In this document: one piece after another, positions 1-17,701 of the stretch
How positions within the stretch are numbered: the first letter of the stretch is position 1
How the letters are laid out: every line of letters starts with the position of its first letter
Source: the human T2T-CHM13v2.0 reference genome, Homo sapiens
Reading direction: 5' to 3' (one strand)
Length of the DNA stretch: 64,000 nucleotides
Assembly: GCF_009914755.1 (NCBI RefSeq)
Contig: NC_060932.1
The notes under the pieces: generated by a model
Told to the model about the DNA's origin: nothing
Seen by the model: only the letters and a program-made list of their open reading frames with translations
The model's database searches: none
Position numbers and translations under genes: made by a program

Positions 1-1400
1 TCTTTCATCCAACTCAATAGTCTTCTAACTGAGGTACTTAAAAGCCCTGGTGGTTGGTTTCTAGATCCTCAAAATGATTTGCAGGATAATATATCCATGT
101 TCAAAATAATACTACAGGAGAAAGAGGAGAGGAGGGAGGACGAGAAAGAGGTATATCTTTCATCTATTTCAAATCATGCTATGTTGCAATGCCTCTAGGG
201 TGAAAAGAAAAAGCAAACTAGGAGCACGACTTTAAAGATTAATCAAGGTAACGCATAAATCCATGTGGCTTCAAACTCTTTATAACAAAATGAGATACAG
301 TGTGCATTTAATATTTGGTAAGGATAGTCTTATCTTTTCTTGTTTAAATTTTTTCTAGATATTTCCACAGACTTACAATTTCCATTTGAACCTGAAAACT
401 GGTTCAGTTTAAAAAAATTCCCGTCCAATTTTTTACAATCAATGAACCTACATTGAAATATCATTATATGTACATATACATATAAATTACATTTCTATAA
501 ATTTGTCCTAAGGAATGAAGTAGAATTGGATAGAAAGATATGCAAATAACACTAACATTTACAGCATGCTTACAATGTGCCAGCATTCTAATACATCTTA
601 ATGTCTCAGTTAATCATCACAACTACGCTCAAGTTGGTAACACTGCGATCTTCACTTTATGAAGAAAACTGAGGCTCAGAACAGGAAGTTGTTCCAAGTC
701 ACAGATCTATGAAGATTATAGATCAAACCACATTCTGTGTGATGCCAAGACCCTATATCCAGCTTTTTCTAAATAGCAGTCTTTTGGGTTTCACTTATGT
801 GTGTGTGTGTCTTTGTGTCTGTTTCAAAGTAGTTGAACAACAATATCAGGGAAATCATGGTTTTAACGTTTTAGGTATATTTCTTATATTTCCCAAAAAA
901 CCAATTTGAAAATATTCTACCTACGAGCCTCTCAGAGAGGCTGTCTCTTTTATATCCAGGAACCAGCACTTTGCTTCAAAGGCTAACACAACAATGGCCT
1001 GAAGGCAGGACCAGTGTTGTGTTAGTAAAGTTGTGTAGAGTAAAACATGTTTCAGGATCTGTCAGGGACTTCAGATACTTTACTGATGGCATTGAATTCC
1101 TGGGCTTGACCTATTACTGCACCTCCAGCATCCAAGAGCACTGTCTTACAACTTACTCCTTATGACTCACCTATAACAAACATCACTGATTACATCAAAG
1201 AAAATTATTGTTAATGCCACTTAGACTAATTAACACAACCTTTGGTGTAGATACCAATAAGAATAGTTTAAGTACCAAGTAATCTACTCTTAAAATGTTG
1301 ATTCTTCTTAGGATATTTCAGTGCTAATTAATTGTCCAGAGGATGTGGATTAGGGATAATGTGCATTATGCTATCAAGGGCAAGCTCACATGCGTGTAGG

Positions 1401-1428
1401 CACACACACACACACACACACACACACA
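1401..1428. repeat. (CA)n microsatellite
   Basis: cacacaca... run read directly. Confidence 0.95.
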
Positions 1429-1609
1429 TCACCCCCCAAAATGTTTATATTGAAGCAATTTAAAGTAAATTATCACACAGACTACAGAATAGTCTCAGCA
1501 AACAGTAACTACCAGAATTATCTTTCCAGTGTTACTTATAATAATAACAAAATTTATTGAAATGTCTAAGACGACTGGCTTGATTTAGAAAATATCTTCA
1601 TACATTCTT

Positions 1610-1820
1610 GAGTTTCTCAACTTCACTATTTTTGATATTTTGGGCTGGAGAATTCTTTGTCTTGGGAGAGATTGTCCTGTGCATTGCAAGAAGTTTAGAA
1701 CCCTTGGTGTCTCCCAAGTACATGCCAGTAGTAGCTCCCTTTTCTCAGTAGTGCCAATACAAAATGTCTTTAGACATCGTCAAATGTCCCCTGGGGGCAA
1801 AATTGCACCTAGTTGAGACC
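1610..1820. mobile_element. MER20-like hAT-Charlie relic
   Basis: tttctcaac...tgtcctgtgcattgc...aaaatgtctttagacat...caaatgtcccctgggggcaaaattgcacctagttgag resembles the MER20 consensus. Confidence 0.7.
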
Positions 1821-2261
1821 TATAAAATGGACTACAACCCATGTAGCTATTAAGAGTATGTTAAAAAAATATTTACTTATCTACGCAAATGTTCATAGTA
1901 TATTTAATGGAAGAATCAGGACAAAACAACAGATAAGTTAGACCTTGATTTATAAAATAAAAATGGATACATGCATTGAAATACAAAGACAGCTAGCCTT
2001 TTTTGTGTGCTTACTCTGTACTGCACACTAACCTTTCACATGTGTTATCTGTTTAATTTCCATAATAACCCTCAGAGGTTGGTAATTAACCCCATTTGAT
2101 AAATAAGGAAACAGAATCTCAGACAGGTTAAGCAGCTGAATGATAATTTTATAATATTAACCGCAGTCATGTCTGGGTAGTGAAATTGGGTGTAATTATT
2201 TATCTCTGTATTTTCCAAGATTTCAACAATAAGCATCTATTATTTTTAATCAGAAAACTTA

Positions 2262-2507
<246 letters not shown>

Positions 2508-3296
2508 TCATAAACCTTTCTTTTAGAGAATAAAATGTATGTATTGAGTGCTTGCCTTTTGCTTTCTTTCAGATAACAAAATATAGTTAATGAATGCTAT
2601 CTGGTTGTTTTAATGAAATACTTATATTCTTAGCCTCTTTTCCTATGCCCCAACTTCTTTTTTGGTAACATTTTCTTCCCAGTTATTCAATTACTGAAAC
2701 CTGTAATAGAGAATCTTTCCCATTATTCCAGCTCAGGTGTATATTTGGTACTTCAACTTAAATCACTGAACTACAATCTTGACAAACTCTTTCTAGATAA
2801 ATAAAGCATTTATTGAAAATTTGTTCCCTTATTTCTCTAGAAAGAGTCCAAATTTCTTGAAATAATTTTTTAAAATTAACTTAGAACTCACTAGAAAACT
2901 CTCAAAAATCCTGCTGAAGATCATTCGAAAATATATCAGCTAACGTTCCCCTCCTTGGTGAACTATGTTAACAGGCATAGCAAGTTAAAACAGTGTTCCT
3001 ATTCCTTGAGGCTAAATAAAGCTTCTTGGAGATTCTGGAGGTTCCCTTCACTGGTCCGTGATTAGGACGTGATACTGACATTGAGGAAAGTAAGCCCTTT
3101 CTCACACCGGGAATTATTTTTATGTTGCTTCTTGCTTGCTTGAAGGTTATTCAAAGGGGCAAACTAAATTGGTTTATGATTCATTAGCTAAGGCATTTTC
3201 TGTATACTGCTTATTTAATACGTGATTTTCCTGGTGTGGCCAGAAAAAGGAGTCCTAATAATCATGGTCAACCTCTGCTTACTCTTCTGGTCATGA

Positions 3297-4244
<948 letters not shown>

Positions 4245-4438
4245 TCATGACTTTTCTTGGCAATTCCTCTGAGTTCCTGACCCTCATTCAGTCTGCTTTG
4301 TTGCCCTTTCCCCTTGTATCTTCTGAGAGCCCCGCAAGCCACAAAGAGATTTATCACAGTGTCATTTGTGAAAACTCATCACACTTTGCAAGCTGCCTCT
4401 GTGGGGAAGTAGATGGTGTTTTATTGATGCTTAGGTAT

Positions 4439-5111
4439 TGTTGCGGGATCCTGAGGACCAGAGAGAGACCTTGGGGTGTAAACAGGAGGATACATTTATT
4501 ATTGAATGCACTCAGACCTAGCAGACTCAATGTCCAAAGACTGGGCCCAGAACAAAGACAGCACTTGACTTTTATACACACTTCACAAAAGAGGTGGGCT
4601 AGTTTGAAGCAGGCTTATGGTTACGGTCACGTGAAAGCAAGGATACAGAGGCAGAACAATTAATTAAATTGTGACAGGTTTATAACTCAGGATTACACAT
4701 GACCATTGCCAAGCAACCCAGATGTCCATTATCTAGGTTTTGCTCTGAAGAGCCTTGCACTGGTTCATCTCATAACGTTTACTATGGTGCCCAGGCAGCG
4801 GTAGTTCAGGCCTGCTCAGGCTTCTGATGACCTTCATTGTACTTCTTAGATAAAACAGAATACTTGAAGTTACTAGTTACAGAGAACAAGAATCTATAAA
4901 CTCATTCCATAAAACAAAGGAAAATTTGTTTTTTCTTCTCCCTGTGTTGAGGGAGTGCTGGGAGAGTCTCCAGAGCGCATTAGATAATATTATCAGGACT
5001 TTTCCTGGGTCTGGGCTGTGCCTGTTGCTATCTCTGGGACAAGTCAGCCTAATACAGGAAAGCTTATTTTTCTTTCTTTTTAATTTTATTTTTCTTTAAT
5101 TTCCCACCTCA
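4439..5111 (-). mobile_element. ERV1-class solo LTR (possibly LTR15)
   Basis: TG...CA termini; 4-bp TSD GTAT at 4435-4438 and 5112-5115; minus-strand TATAAAAG ~4569-4576 and AATAAA ~4496-4501; subfamily is a guess. Confidence 0.75.
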
Positions 5112-5438
5112 GTATCACTACTAAAGTTTACATCATTTTGTGTGTTTTTTAGATAAATTAATTACTATACGGTATTTGACTCTAGGCTTCAAAGTCAGGT
5201 TTCGAATTATGAAACATTCAGTTCTACTTTCCAGTCTTCATTCCCACAACATACTTGCCAGGAAGATATTTCTCAAAATAAACACCTGTCTAGCACACTG
5301 AGGTTTCACAAGTATATTGGGTCCTTGCCCAATTCTCTCTGTATTTAATATCTCTTTCTTTGGAGTAAGTAAGTCTATAAGAAAGCAAAAGTCAGGTATA
5401 CAATTTTATCCGAGGGCTCTTTAAAATAGATAACCAGA

Positions 5439-5848
<410 letters not shown>

Positions 5849-7049
5849 TCAGTGAAGTTTTCTCTGGCTGGGTTCTGCCTCTGAAACAAACACTTTGCAG
5901 CCAGGAAAGTTATGCAACGTCTATAATCTAGGAGGCTCAGACCATCTTTGCCCACCATGCGTTACCTTTTTTTCTTGCCTACCCCCTACCCTTTTCTGGC
6001 CAGATATGAGAAATTTCAAGCTATTATGTATGTGGTGGGGAGGGAAGATAATTTGGGGAGTGTGGAAAGAGAATTAGCTCAGCATATTCAAGTATATTGG
6101 AATATATCTTCTATACAAATAAAAATAAAAATGTTATTCAAATGTTATACCATTCATTTGTTTGAAATTATCTACTTTACATAGTAAAGTGCACAATTGT
6201 TCATCTATATTCAACCAGCACACATTTACTGCTGCATTTTGCTGGTAAAATACTGCAATAATTAAAAAAATCAGTTATTAACGTCATTTGCATTTGCTCT
6301 TACAAAGTTTATCTAACAGTTATTGTTTATGCTTATATCTTAGGCTTCACAAAATAGCGCATTGCTGGTGCAAGTTAGGTAGTCAAAAATTATAGGTATT
6401 ATTATTTTGAGGTTTTTGTGGAAGAGAGAGTTAAGAGTATGGTACTCTGTAATTTTTAAAACCTCACATTCATTATCTGTACAATGACTTTGGTTCGGGG
6501 GGAGGCTTTCAAATATCCAGTATCCAATTAGGCTAGGTGATAAGTGTTATTCAACATTACAAAACTGAAAAGTAACTCTGTAGGGATTTAAATCTGCCTG
6601 CTTCCAAAACCAACTCTTACCTATTATGCCAGTGCTAAGAGAGTTAGAGTGAATGAAGAATACCAGGGCTGGAGTGGCGTTGTCAGTGTTTGACAAGGGT
6701 AGCAGAGCAGGCTGAGTGAGACTCATGGACTCACCACAACATAGGGGTGAAGGAGAGATGAGATCAGACAATGCTGTTGGCTTGAAACATGGCCTTAGGG
6801 TTTTAAAGGTCAAAGTCTGCGAGTTCAGAAAGAGTAGGGAGCTCCAATATTAGGTACCCAGTTAACAAAATTAATAAAACCTTAATGGTGAAATATCAGA
6901 TTTTAGTTGAATGAGAGAGGCAGAAGGTGAGGAGTGTAGCTATGACTCTGATTGTAGTTCAGGTGTGATACAATGAGAAGCTGAATTGCAGTAGGAGCTG
7001 GCCTCGCAAGGAGGACATGGGCTGGGCTTGAAAAAACAGTGTGTGGGAA

Positions 7050-7290
7050 GGAAGCAAGTGGTTAAGGCTTCTGCAGCTGAATTCTTGATTCAAGTCCCAG
7101 CTTTGGTCCCTGCCATATATATAACCTCAGGCAAGTTAATTAACCATCCGAAACCTCAGCCGTCCTCTCACTGAAATGAGCAGCATAGCCTGACTTATAG
7201 GGCTATTGAGAGATTAAATGATATGTAATGCATGTGAAGAGCTTAGCTCAGAGCCTGGCACATAGCCCAAGTTCAAGAAACAATAGCAAC
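7050..7290. mobile_element. MIR relic
   Basis: MIR core-like text: ggcaagttaattaacc...gagattaaatgatatgtaatgcatgtgaagagcttagctcagagcctggcacatag. Confidence 0.7.
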
Positions 7291-8074
7291 ACTGCTGAAA
7301 AAATGAGTAGGGGCGGGAAGAATGGGGGTGGGGGTGTTGATCCAGGGTGATTTGGATCATGGCGGTACCATTAAGAAAAGTTAAAAACCCAGAAAGAGGA
7401 CGTGGTTGATTCAGAAGGAGGATAGTAAGAACAGCTGATATTGATGCTCTGGTGTATGAAATGGTAAGTTTTAAAGATTGCATGTTAAGTGTCCAGCGCT
7501 GCCTTATTAGCCTGGGGAGAGGCTGCAGTGTCTTTTGTTTTTCTGGACAGCAGGGGGCTCCCAGGTACTGGAAAGCAGCAAGTGAGGGTCTCCTACTGTT
7601 TTCTGTACTTTGCTCACTAATGCTTGCAAAAGTGAGCTAGCATCATCTGATGCTATGGTTAAAAAGAAGTTGTGTATTCCTGGACTTATAAATGCATAAT
7701 TTTCTCTATGAGGTACTTGAAATCCATTGAATCTTATAGAGCTGGAGTGTAGCTTAATATCCAGCAAAAATGGAACAGATCAGACCAAAAAAAGAGAAGG
7801 TGTGTGTGTCACAAACTCACAGATTAAAAGGAATAATGGGGACTAGAATGTAGCATAAAAATCAGGAACTAGAGTTGTGGATGCAGTGGTAGGAACACAC
7901 AAAGGAGAGAGAGTCTTTTCTTGCCTTGGGAATCTGGGGAAGACTCATTAGAAGAGCTGGGTAAGGCAGGAAGGGCATTCCACGTGAAGGAACAGCACAC
8001 GTGCAAAGACACGGAGAAGTGAAATTGCCTGAGAAATTTTCTGAGCACAGCAAATGTAGTTTGTAGAAAAGTAA

Positions 8075-8468
8075 TGATAAACCTTAGACAAATTAAAATT
8101 AATAGAGTTTAATTGAGCAAAGAATAATTCATGAATGGGGCAGTCCCTGCCCAGAACAGGTTCAGGGAGGCTCTGGTGCAGCTACATGGTCAAAGAAGAT
8201 TTCTGGACATAAAAAGAAAAATGATGTACAGAAAACAGAAGTGAGGTACAGAAACAACCAGATTGGTTACAGCTGAGCATTTGCCTTATTTGAACACGGT
8301 TTGAATAGTTGGCCGCCTTTGATTAGCTGAAACTCAGTGATTGGCATAAGAGTAGGTTACTGTCTGTTTACACATCCAGTTAAATTACAGTTCACTATGT
8401 ACACAGACACGCTTAGGCCAAACTTAAAATATGTAAGGAGACAGCTTTAGGCTAAACTTGATTTAACA
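8075..8468 (-). mobile_element. MER57-family ERV1 solo LTR
   Basis: Reverse complement starts TGTTAAATCAAGTTTAGCCTAAAGCTG; TG...CA ends; TSD GTAA at 8071-8074 and 8469-8472. Confidence 0.8.
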
Positions 8469-8742
8469 GTAACAAATGAGAAAAAAGAGAAGCCCGGAGA
8501 GAGAGCGTTTCGCACGGAGTCAAAATCTGAATAAGTAAGGAGCCCACATTTGTAGATTTCTAGTACCCTTTTCCTTGCACTTTGCTGGTCTAATTCCTTC
8601 TACACAGTTAAGAGCTCTGAGTAACTGAGTTACTGAGTTTGCAATTTCCAGACATAATGTTTCTACCAGTATATTAATTATTCTCTTCCCCTTTCAAAGA
8701 ATCACTTCTCAGGAGTCACTTTTCTCTTTCTAATTTTGATTT

Positions 8743-9734
<992 letters not shown>

Positions 9735-10250
9735 ATTTGTTATTTTCATCTAGGATTTTTCTGTAATTAAAAAAAGTTTTTTGAAAAACAGGTGTCTATA
9801 TTGTTTTACACTAAACTAAAACTGAAGTAACTAACAAGTACAATTCACTGCAGGTACTCTCTTCATCTTGTAGTTCACGCTTAAGCACTGAACCTGTGCT
9901 AAGAAATGTGAGTATTCCTGTAGTCAAAGAGAGTCATCACTCAACCAACAAGCTACGTCCCTGTGAAAATTTTAGCATCTAATCATTAAATTGATTTAAA
10001 GCAAGAGAGATAGTATTGCTATTGTCTTATTAATGGAATGGTTTCAGTCATGTATGCTAATTTTCAATATTAGTACTTTTCAAGACTGGGAAACTCATTT
10101 GTTTTTCACTGAATGTGAATTTGAAAGGGTGAAATGAAATAAACTAAGAAAGGACAATCAAATTAATGTAAAAAAGGCAACAGTAATAAAAACAGTGTTC
10201 ATACCAGTATTTAGCATAGTGCCTGGCAGATGATAGGTACTCCAAAATAC

Positions 10251-10420
10251 TTTTTTTTTTAAAAAGATGGGGTCTTACTAGGTTGTCCAGGTTGGAATGC
10301 AGTGGCTATTCACAGGTGTGATCATTGTGCACTACTGCCTCAAACTCCTGAGCTCAAGCAATTCTCCTGTCTCAGCCTCCTGAGTAGCTGGGACTACAGG
10401 TGCAGCCACTGCACCTGGCT
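10251..10420 (-). mobile_element. Alu monomer (FAM/FRAM-like)
   Basis: Monomeric Alu with ctattcacagg motif. Confidence 0.75.
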
Positions 10421-11903
10421 TCCCAAAATTCTTCTTGAATGAATGAATATTGAATGAATGAATGTTCCTTAATTCTAGGTACATCAAAAGCAGTGTGAAT
10501 TGGTGCACATGATTTTAGATGTTAGGCTGTTTCAATATTACACAGAAACTAAGTCTCCACATGATAACCCTAGTGTTTTCCCTAAAACAACAAACCATTA
10601 AGTTGAAGTACCAACTGTTTCTTCTCATCTTCATGATCATTTAAAATATCTGGCTCTTTTCCTCTCTTTTATGCATCATAATTTTTCAAATGTTTTTCTA
10701 TTCTGTGTCTACTGGAGGTTGTTAATGTTGTTATGACTGTTAATTCTTCTTTATAGAGTTATAGAAGGATCTCATAAAAAGTAATATTGGTGTGTAAATA
10801 AGATGCAAGAAGCAATGACCTTCATTTTTCTATTCAATAGAAAGGAGATAAAATAATGAGTAATAAAATCCTTCTAGAAATTCTGATTCTTTTTTGATCA
10901 ACTTGATACAGGTCAGGTAGAAGTGGTCTCCTGACAGAAGTAATAGTCTTTTTCAATCCAGTGGAGAAAGCCTATGTGCTCCCAATAACCCCACTTAGTT
11001 TTGTTGATATTTGAGCATTAGTGGGTAAGTTGTGGTTAAATATCACCTTGTTTTTTCTTACTAGAAACTTAATGTTACATTTTTAACATTTAATGTTAAT
11101 TTTATTTAATTTCAATTTAATTTTAATGTTATGTTGATAGAAGAGATAACACTTTATGGTTAAAATCTTGTTTAGGATCTGTATAATTTGATTTCACTTC
11201 TCAATCAGATGGATTCTATGAAGAGTTCAATCAAAAAGATAGGAGGTATGTTTCCATTTCTATTCAGAGTTTTAAGGAGAGAATCTTATCTTTTGGGGTT
11301 CCTCAACCCTTTTTGATAAATGGTAAAGGAACATTTTGAAAATGTTGTTGTACAGATATATTTGCAGATATATGGTGCAGATATAGTTGGTATTTCCTAA
11401 AAAATCAACTCATATAAATATTTGAGAGTCTGTTGTTTTGGTGAAACAATGGAACCATTATGTGATTGGTATTATGTAACTGAAGGTTTCAAATGGCTTC
11501 CTGCATTTACCAATAATTCACAAGGGATGCATTTAGGTATATTTTCTACCAAGCCCACAGCATTTTGGCTGAGATTTCCAAGTCAGGTGAATCTCTTCTA
11601 TTGTTCACATTGGTGTCTATGCCAAAGAGGAGTGATTCAACAGAAAGGCAGTCTTGCAGCACATAGCTGCCAGGTTTCTGGATCATACCTATTTAAAAGA
11701 TGTAAATTTGGGACCCAGTCAAGACACAAGAAAAAAAATGCAGGTTAATGAATGGCATAAATATTTATATTTTACCTATGTATGTAATACCTAAAACTAA
11801 AGCCCAAAGAGAAATGAAAATCAATAGAAAGTGAAAACAAATGAATCTGAACTTTCAGATTGTATTTTAATTCACTGCCTGATATGTTTAGACGACTGCA
11901 TAG

Positions 11904-12477
<574 letters not shown>

Positions 12478-12849
12478 ACTGCATAGCATTCTTTACAAGT
12501 TGCCCCATGTGCCAATGAAGCAGAACCCTGTCCAAAGAAATCCCAAGTAGTTAGGGTAGAATGGGTTCTACCGACTTCTCTTTTTCTTCACACCCATTAT
12601 TTTTATAACGCAAGTAATGCAGCATGTATTTGTTGTTAAACATTGAAATAATAAAGAGATACACATATTAAAGAATAAAAGACTCCTACATTCATTGCTG
12701 CCCAGCTCCCAAAGATAACCACTGCTAACAAGTTTGCACTCATTTTTCTAAACCCTTTTAAATACACATGCAAACACATTTATCTATAGTGTGTAAAAAA
12801 TTCTACCATATGTTACATATTATTTCACAGTTTACTGTTCTCTCTTATT

Positions 12850-13016
12850 TTTTTAAAGAGATGGGGGTCTCACTATGTTGCCCAGGTTGGAGTGCAGGGG
12901 GCTAGTCACAAGCATGATCATAGTATACTACAGCCTCAAATTTCGAGGCTCAAGTGATCCTCCAGCCTCAGCCTCCCTAGTAGCTGGGGCTACAGGCATG
13001 TGCAACCATGCCTGGT
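12850..13016 (-). mobile_element. Alu monomer (FAM-like)
   Basis: Monomeric Alu-like sequence. Confidence 0.7.
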
Positions 13017-15359
13017 TACTTTTTTCTCTTGACGGTATGTTATGGACATTTTCCCATGCTAGTACATGGATCCACCTTTTTAAAGATTGAGCCTATGGAA
13101 TTCTAAATTATGGGTATACCATAATTTATTAAATATTTCTTCTCATTGTGTTAGGAATTAGTTTTGGCACTAGTAACAGAGACTAAAAAATTTGGCAAAA
13201 AATTAAAAGTTTTATCTTTCTCATGTAACAAAAGTTGTATAGTCCTGGGCATATGTGATAATTCTGTGGCGTTTTCAGAGATAGACTGATTTTGGTGTTC
13301 TAATACTGAGTGTAGCTCCCATCCTCAAGGTAATATTATGGTCCCAAAGTGACTGTTGGAGCTCTAGCAATCAAATCTTCATTCCAGTCAGGAAGAAGTG
13401 AAAGGTAAGGAACACACTGGTGTTCCAGTAAAGTCAGTCCACCTTTAAAACACTTTTGTACAAGTCCTACCTAACAATTCCTGCTTATATCTCATTGGTC
13501 ATATCTTAACACATAGCCATCCCTTTCTGTCAGGAATTAAGGGAAATTTAATACTTTAGTCAGATATATTGATACCACCAACAATCAGGTTCTTTTAGTA
13601 AGGAGGAAGGGGAGAATGGAGATTGACTGGGTATCAAGCAATCTTACCACATGTATTGGTATATATTTTGGTTGTTTACAGTTTTCACTATAACAAATAG
13701 TGCTGCAATGAATATACACGAATGAGTTTCTTTTCATTATATTTGTTTCATATTTTTCTGTAGCCCGTTTTTTACTTTGGTTGATTTATTAATTATCTTC
13801 TATATGTTACGCCTTTTCATTATTTATAACTTCACCCATTTTTCATCTGTTCTTGGCTCAAAGGAGGAAGCATCCTGCTCTCTTCTAAGTGTTCTCTCTT
13901 GTTCCCCCTTTGATCTTGGTGGTGAAAACAGAATAATAGGTTAAGATGTTGATGTTTGGAGGTAAAAGAAATATAAACTGAGGGTGTCTCCACCTGATCA
14001 TCTTTATGAAAAGGCAAGGTACCAGGAGCAGACAGCACAGAATGGGGCTAACTTCTCACTCCATGACTTTCTAAGGGTTGCGACCTTCAAGGAATTACTT
14101 AATGTCTTTGTGCCTTAGTTTTTCCATCTGTAAAATGTTGTTAGTTTTGGCATTTACCTCATAGGGTTGGTGTGAGAAGGGAATGTAAAGCAAATGGAAA
14201 TAGTAGCTGGCATATACTAAGTGCTATGTGAGTTAACAGTTGTCAATTCTCACCTCAGTGAAGTAAAAAATGGTTTCTGTGCAGTATAATGGGAATGGAG
14301 ACACAATGAGAGGGTAGGTGGTGGTCAGAGTCCACATGGTCTTTGTGAGAGATTTGAGGTGGTCAGGGAGGTATGAATCAAGGGATGGTTGTGTAATGTT
14401 GAGAGGACATCTGAAGTCGGGCATCACATTGACTGCTTAAACACAGGAGTAAAGACATTGAATAAATAGGATTGAAATTAACTGGGTAGGGTTGGCAGAA
14501 GGCCAAGTGGATAGAGCACTAGAAGGTGCTGATATGAGTTAGCTGAAATAATTTACCACAAGATTCTGGGTGGGAAAAGAGAAACAGAAGAGTACTTCAG
14601 AAAGTCATTTCTCTTGAATTGAGGGGTCAGAGTGAATTGTGGATAGAAAAAAGGATGTGGACTGAGAATAGATTTTCAGAATTCAGGCTTTTAAAGATAT
14701 CATTCTGGGTGATAGCATACTTTCAGGTGTGGCTCATGTGACTGGATTACTGCAGTGAAACAAATGCCAGAGATGAAGATCAGGGAAATAGAGGGAATCA
14801 AATATTTTGTTCAGTTTAATTAACTAGGCAATTGATCACCTAGTATGTGCTAAATGGGTTTTGTGTTGTTGTGAACAAGATATAGGTATTTCCTAACCAT
14901 TAAGTTAAAAAATGTATATAACAATATATATATTTGTTTTTTAAAAACATATATATAAAACCATATGTTTATTAATTAAGAGGAATCAAAGTCACTTACG
15001 TATACCTAGATACTTACCATTTCTTATGTTACTCATTTCTTCCTGAAGATCTGTGTTTCCCTGTACTATTATTTTACTTCAGCTGAGGAATTTCCTTTAG
15101 TACTTCTTATAGTGTAAGCCTGCTTGTGACAAATTTTCCTAATTTTCCTTTTTTAAAAACATGCTTTTTGAGATTGGTTTTTGGGAGGATATTTTTGCTG
15201 AACATAGAATTCTGTGTTAATTTAGTTCTCTCTGCGTTTAAAAATATCTCAATGTTTTCTGGACTCCTTTTTTTTTCTGCAGGAAGTCAGAAGTCATTTG
15301 TATCATTGTTTACTTAAGTGTAATGTACATATGTTTCTCCCATGGTAGTTTAAAAATAT

Positions 15360-15908
15360 ATTTGGAAATTTTTGATACTCCCTACTTCAAAAGGTGGAGC
15401 TGAGGTTCCTCCCCTTGAATATAGCTCCAACTTAGAGACTTGATACTGATCAGCAGAATGGTAATAACTGACTTCCAAAGCCAGGTCATAAAAATGTAGT
15501 TCAGAGCACATGTAAAGAGCTTCTCTCTGGCTCTCTGTATTTCTCTCTTCTTGTTTTGAGGGAAGTCTACCCACTATATCATGAAGACGCTTACACAATA
15601 GTAGGGAAGAGTCCACATGGAGAGGAACTGAGGCCTCCCACCAAGTGCTGGCTCCAATTGCCTGGCATTTGAGTGATTCATCTAAGTGATTCACCTTGCC
15701 AGCAGATCCTCCAGCGCCAATCACATCCAGCTTCAGAGGATGGAGACCTTGCCTGACATTTGGTTACAACAGCATAAAAGCTAAGGACCATAACCTAAGC
15801 TGTTCCCAAATTCTTTCCCACAGAAGCTGTCAGAGAAAATAAATGTTTATTTTTTTAAACCATTGAATTTTGGAGTAATTTGTTATGCAGCAATAAATAA
15901 TTAATACA
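15360..15908 (+). mobile_element. MLT1 (MaLR) LTR relic
   Basis: 3' end aaataaatgtttattttttt...ttttggagtaatttgttatgcagcaataaataattaataca is typical of MLT1 LTRs. Confidence 0.7.
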
Positions 15909-17293
15909 TTTTCTAATTCAAATGTCTGTGGATGTTATATTCAGTGCTCCAATTCTTCAATTTGCTTTGCCTGTGTAAGAGAAAGAAAAAAAATTGTAAA
16001 ATTCAAGGTGTACCACAACTGAAAAATTAACCTATAGAGGAAAATTATTAATTTGTGGTAAACCAGTTTATTTTAAAAAAACATTTTGTCTCCTTGGTTT
16101 GCCATTGTAGCTTGAGCACCTTGTGTAATGCTTGGTACATAATAAGACATTAAATAAATATTGTTAAATGAATGAATCAATAAATTTGCTTCCTCAGGTT
16201 TTAAGCTTCTGGGGGACAAAAACTATGCCTTATTCATCTTTGTATCTCCCTCATATGGCACAATTCTTAACACTGAACATGCGCCATTCACTGTTGAGTT
16301 AAATTGAACTTAACTGAAATTCTTGTTGAAGTAAATGATCTGGAAATGGAAGTGAAAAATCATAGCAAAAAATTCATTTTAAACGTTTATATTGTACATT
16401 GACTAGTGGTGGTTTTCAAGCCCCATCAACCTATCACCAACCAACAAACAAAAAACCCTAAATTCACACTCCATTGCTGCATGGCAGACCACATGGATTT
16501 TTATAATTTCTACCAAGACAACACATCTTCAGATGTTTCTAGGGAATCTTTATGAAGCAATATACAATGGTAGGAATTTTACTGTGCTTGGGTTGTAAAC
16601 TATTGCAAGCTGTTCAATTTAGTAGATTATCTGCACAGGCTGAGTAACCTGTATTGTTCCTTATCCAGTTGAGCCTTAAGCCATTTCAATAGAGCCGAAT
16701 TTTATGAACATAGTGAATTTAAACACTTATTCACTCTTACTCACTCACTCATGCAACATATAAACTGAGCAATTCTCTTCCTCTTTGGGAGATAAAGCGT
16801 ATCCAGGGTGTATCCCAGTGGTTTGGAGCACAAGCCAGACTTCCTAGGTGCAAATTTCCAGTGGATCCCTTACCAGCTTTGAGATCTTTGGTGTACGTCT
16901 TAATCTCTTGCCTTAGTTTCCTCAATTGTAAAATGCAGAAACTAATAGTACTTACCTCACAAGGTTGCTGTGAAGATTAATACATAAAAATTGCCTGGCA
17001 CATACTAAGCATGAATAAAAATCAGTTGTTATTGCCTTCAATGCCTACCATGGACCCTGGAACATTGCAAGTGACTTGTAACTTTTGAATGAATGAATGA
17101 ATGAATGATGAATAAGATGAGAGTTGTGTCTAAACTATGTTTTGTTTTTTTTTGTAATTGCATTCTTTGATCATACAAAAGTTTTGATTGTTCACTCCTT
17201 TTTAGAAATTCCCTATTAGATCAAAAAGAGGCAGAATATGTTCTTTGATAAAGGATATACAGGTAATATTGGCACATGATTACCTGGAGTTGG

Positions 17294-17701
17294 TGTATTA
17301 GTCTGTCCTCTCACTGCTATAAAGAAATACCGGAGACTGGGTAATTTGGAAAGAAAAGAGGTTTAATTGGCTCATGGTTCTGTATGCTATACAGAAAGCA
17401 TGGCAGCATCTGCTTCTGGGGAGGCCTCAGGGAGCTTTTACTCATAGTGGAAGGCAAAGCGAGAGCAAGTGTCTTACATGGCAGAGCAGGAGTGAGAGAG
17501 AGAGAGGAGGTGCCACACACTTTAAACAACCAGATCTGGTAAGAACTCATTCACTATAAAGTACCAGGCGGGAATGGGGCTAAACCCATTCATGAGAACT
17601 CTACCTCCATGATCCAATCACCTCCCACCAGGCCTCATCTCCAACACTGGGGATTACAATTCCACTGGAATTTGGTGATGACACAGAACCAAACCTTATT
17701 A
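17294..17701 (-). mobile_element. MST (MaLR) solo LTR ~0.7 kb upstream of AARD
   Basis: tgtattagtc...gctataaagaaatacc...gattacaatt...aaaccttatta; 5-bp TSD gttgg at 17289-17293 and 17702-17706. Confidence 0.85.

Noticed and set aside
11352-11390. Three short tandem copies of cagatata
   Set aside because: Short degenerate slippage repeat with no further structure.
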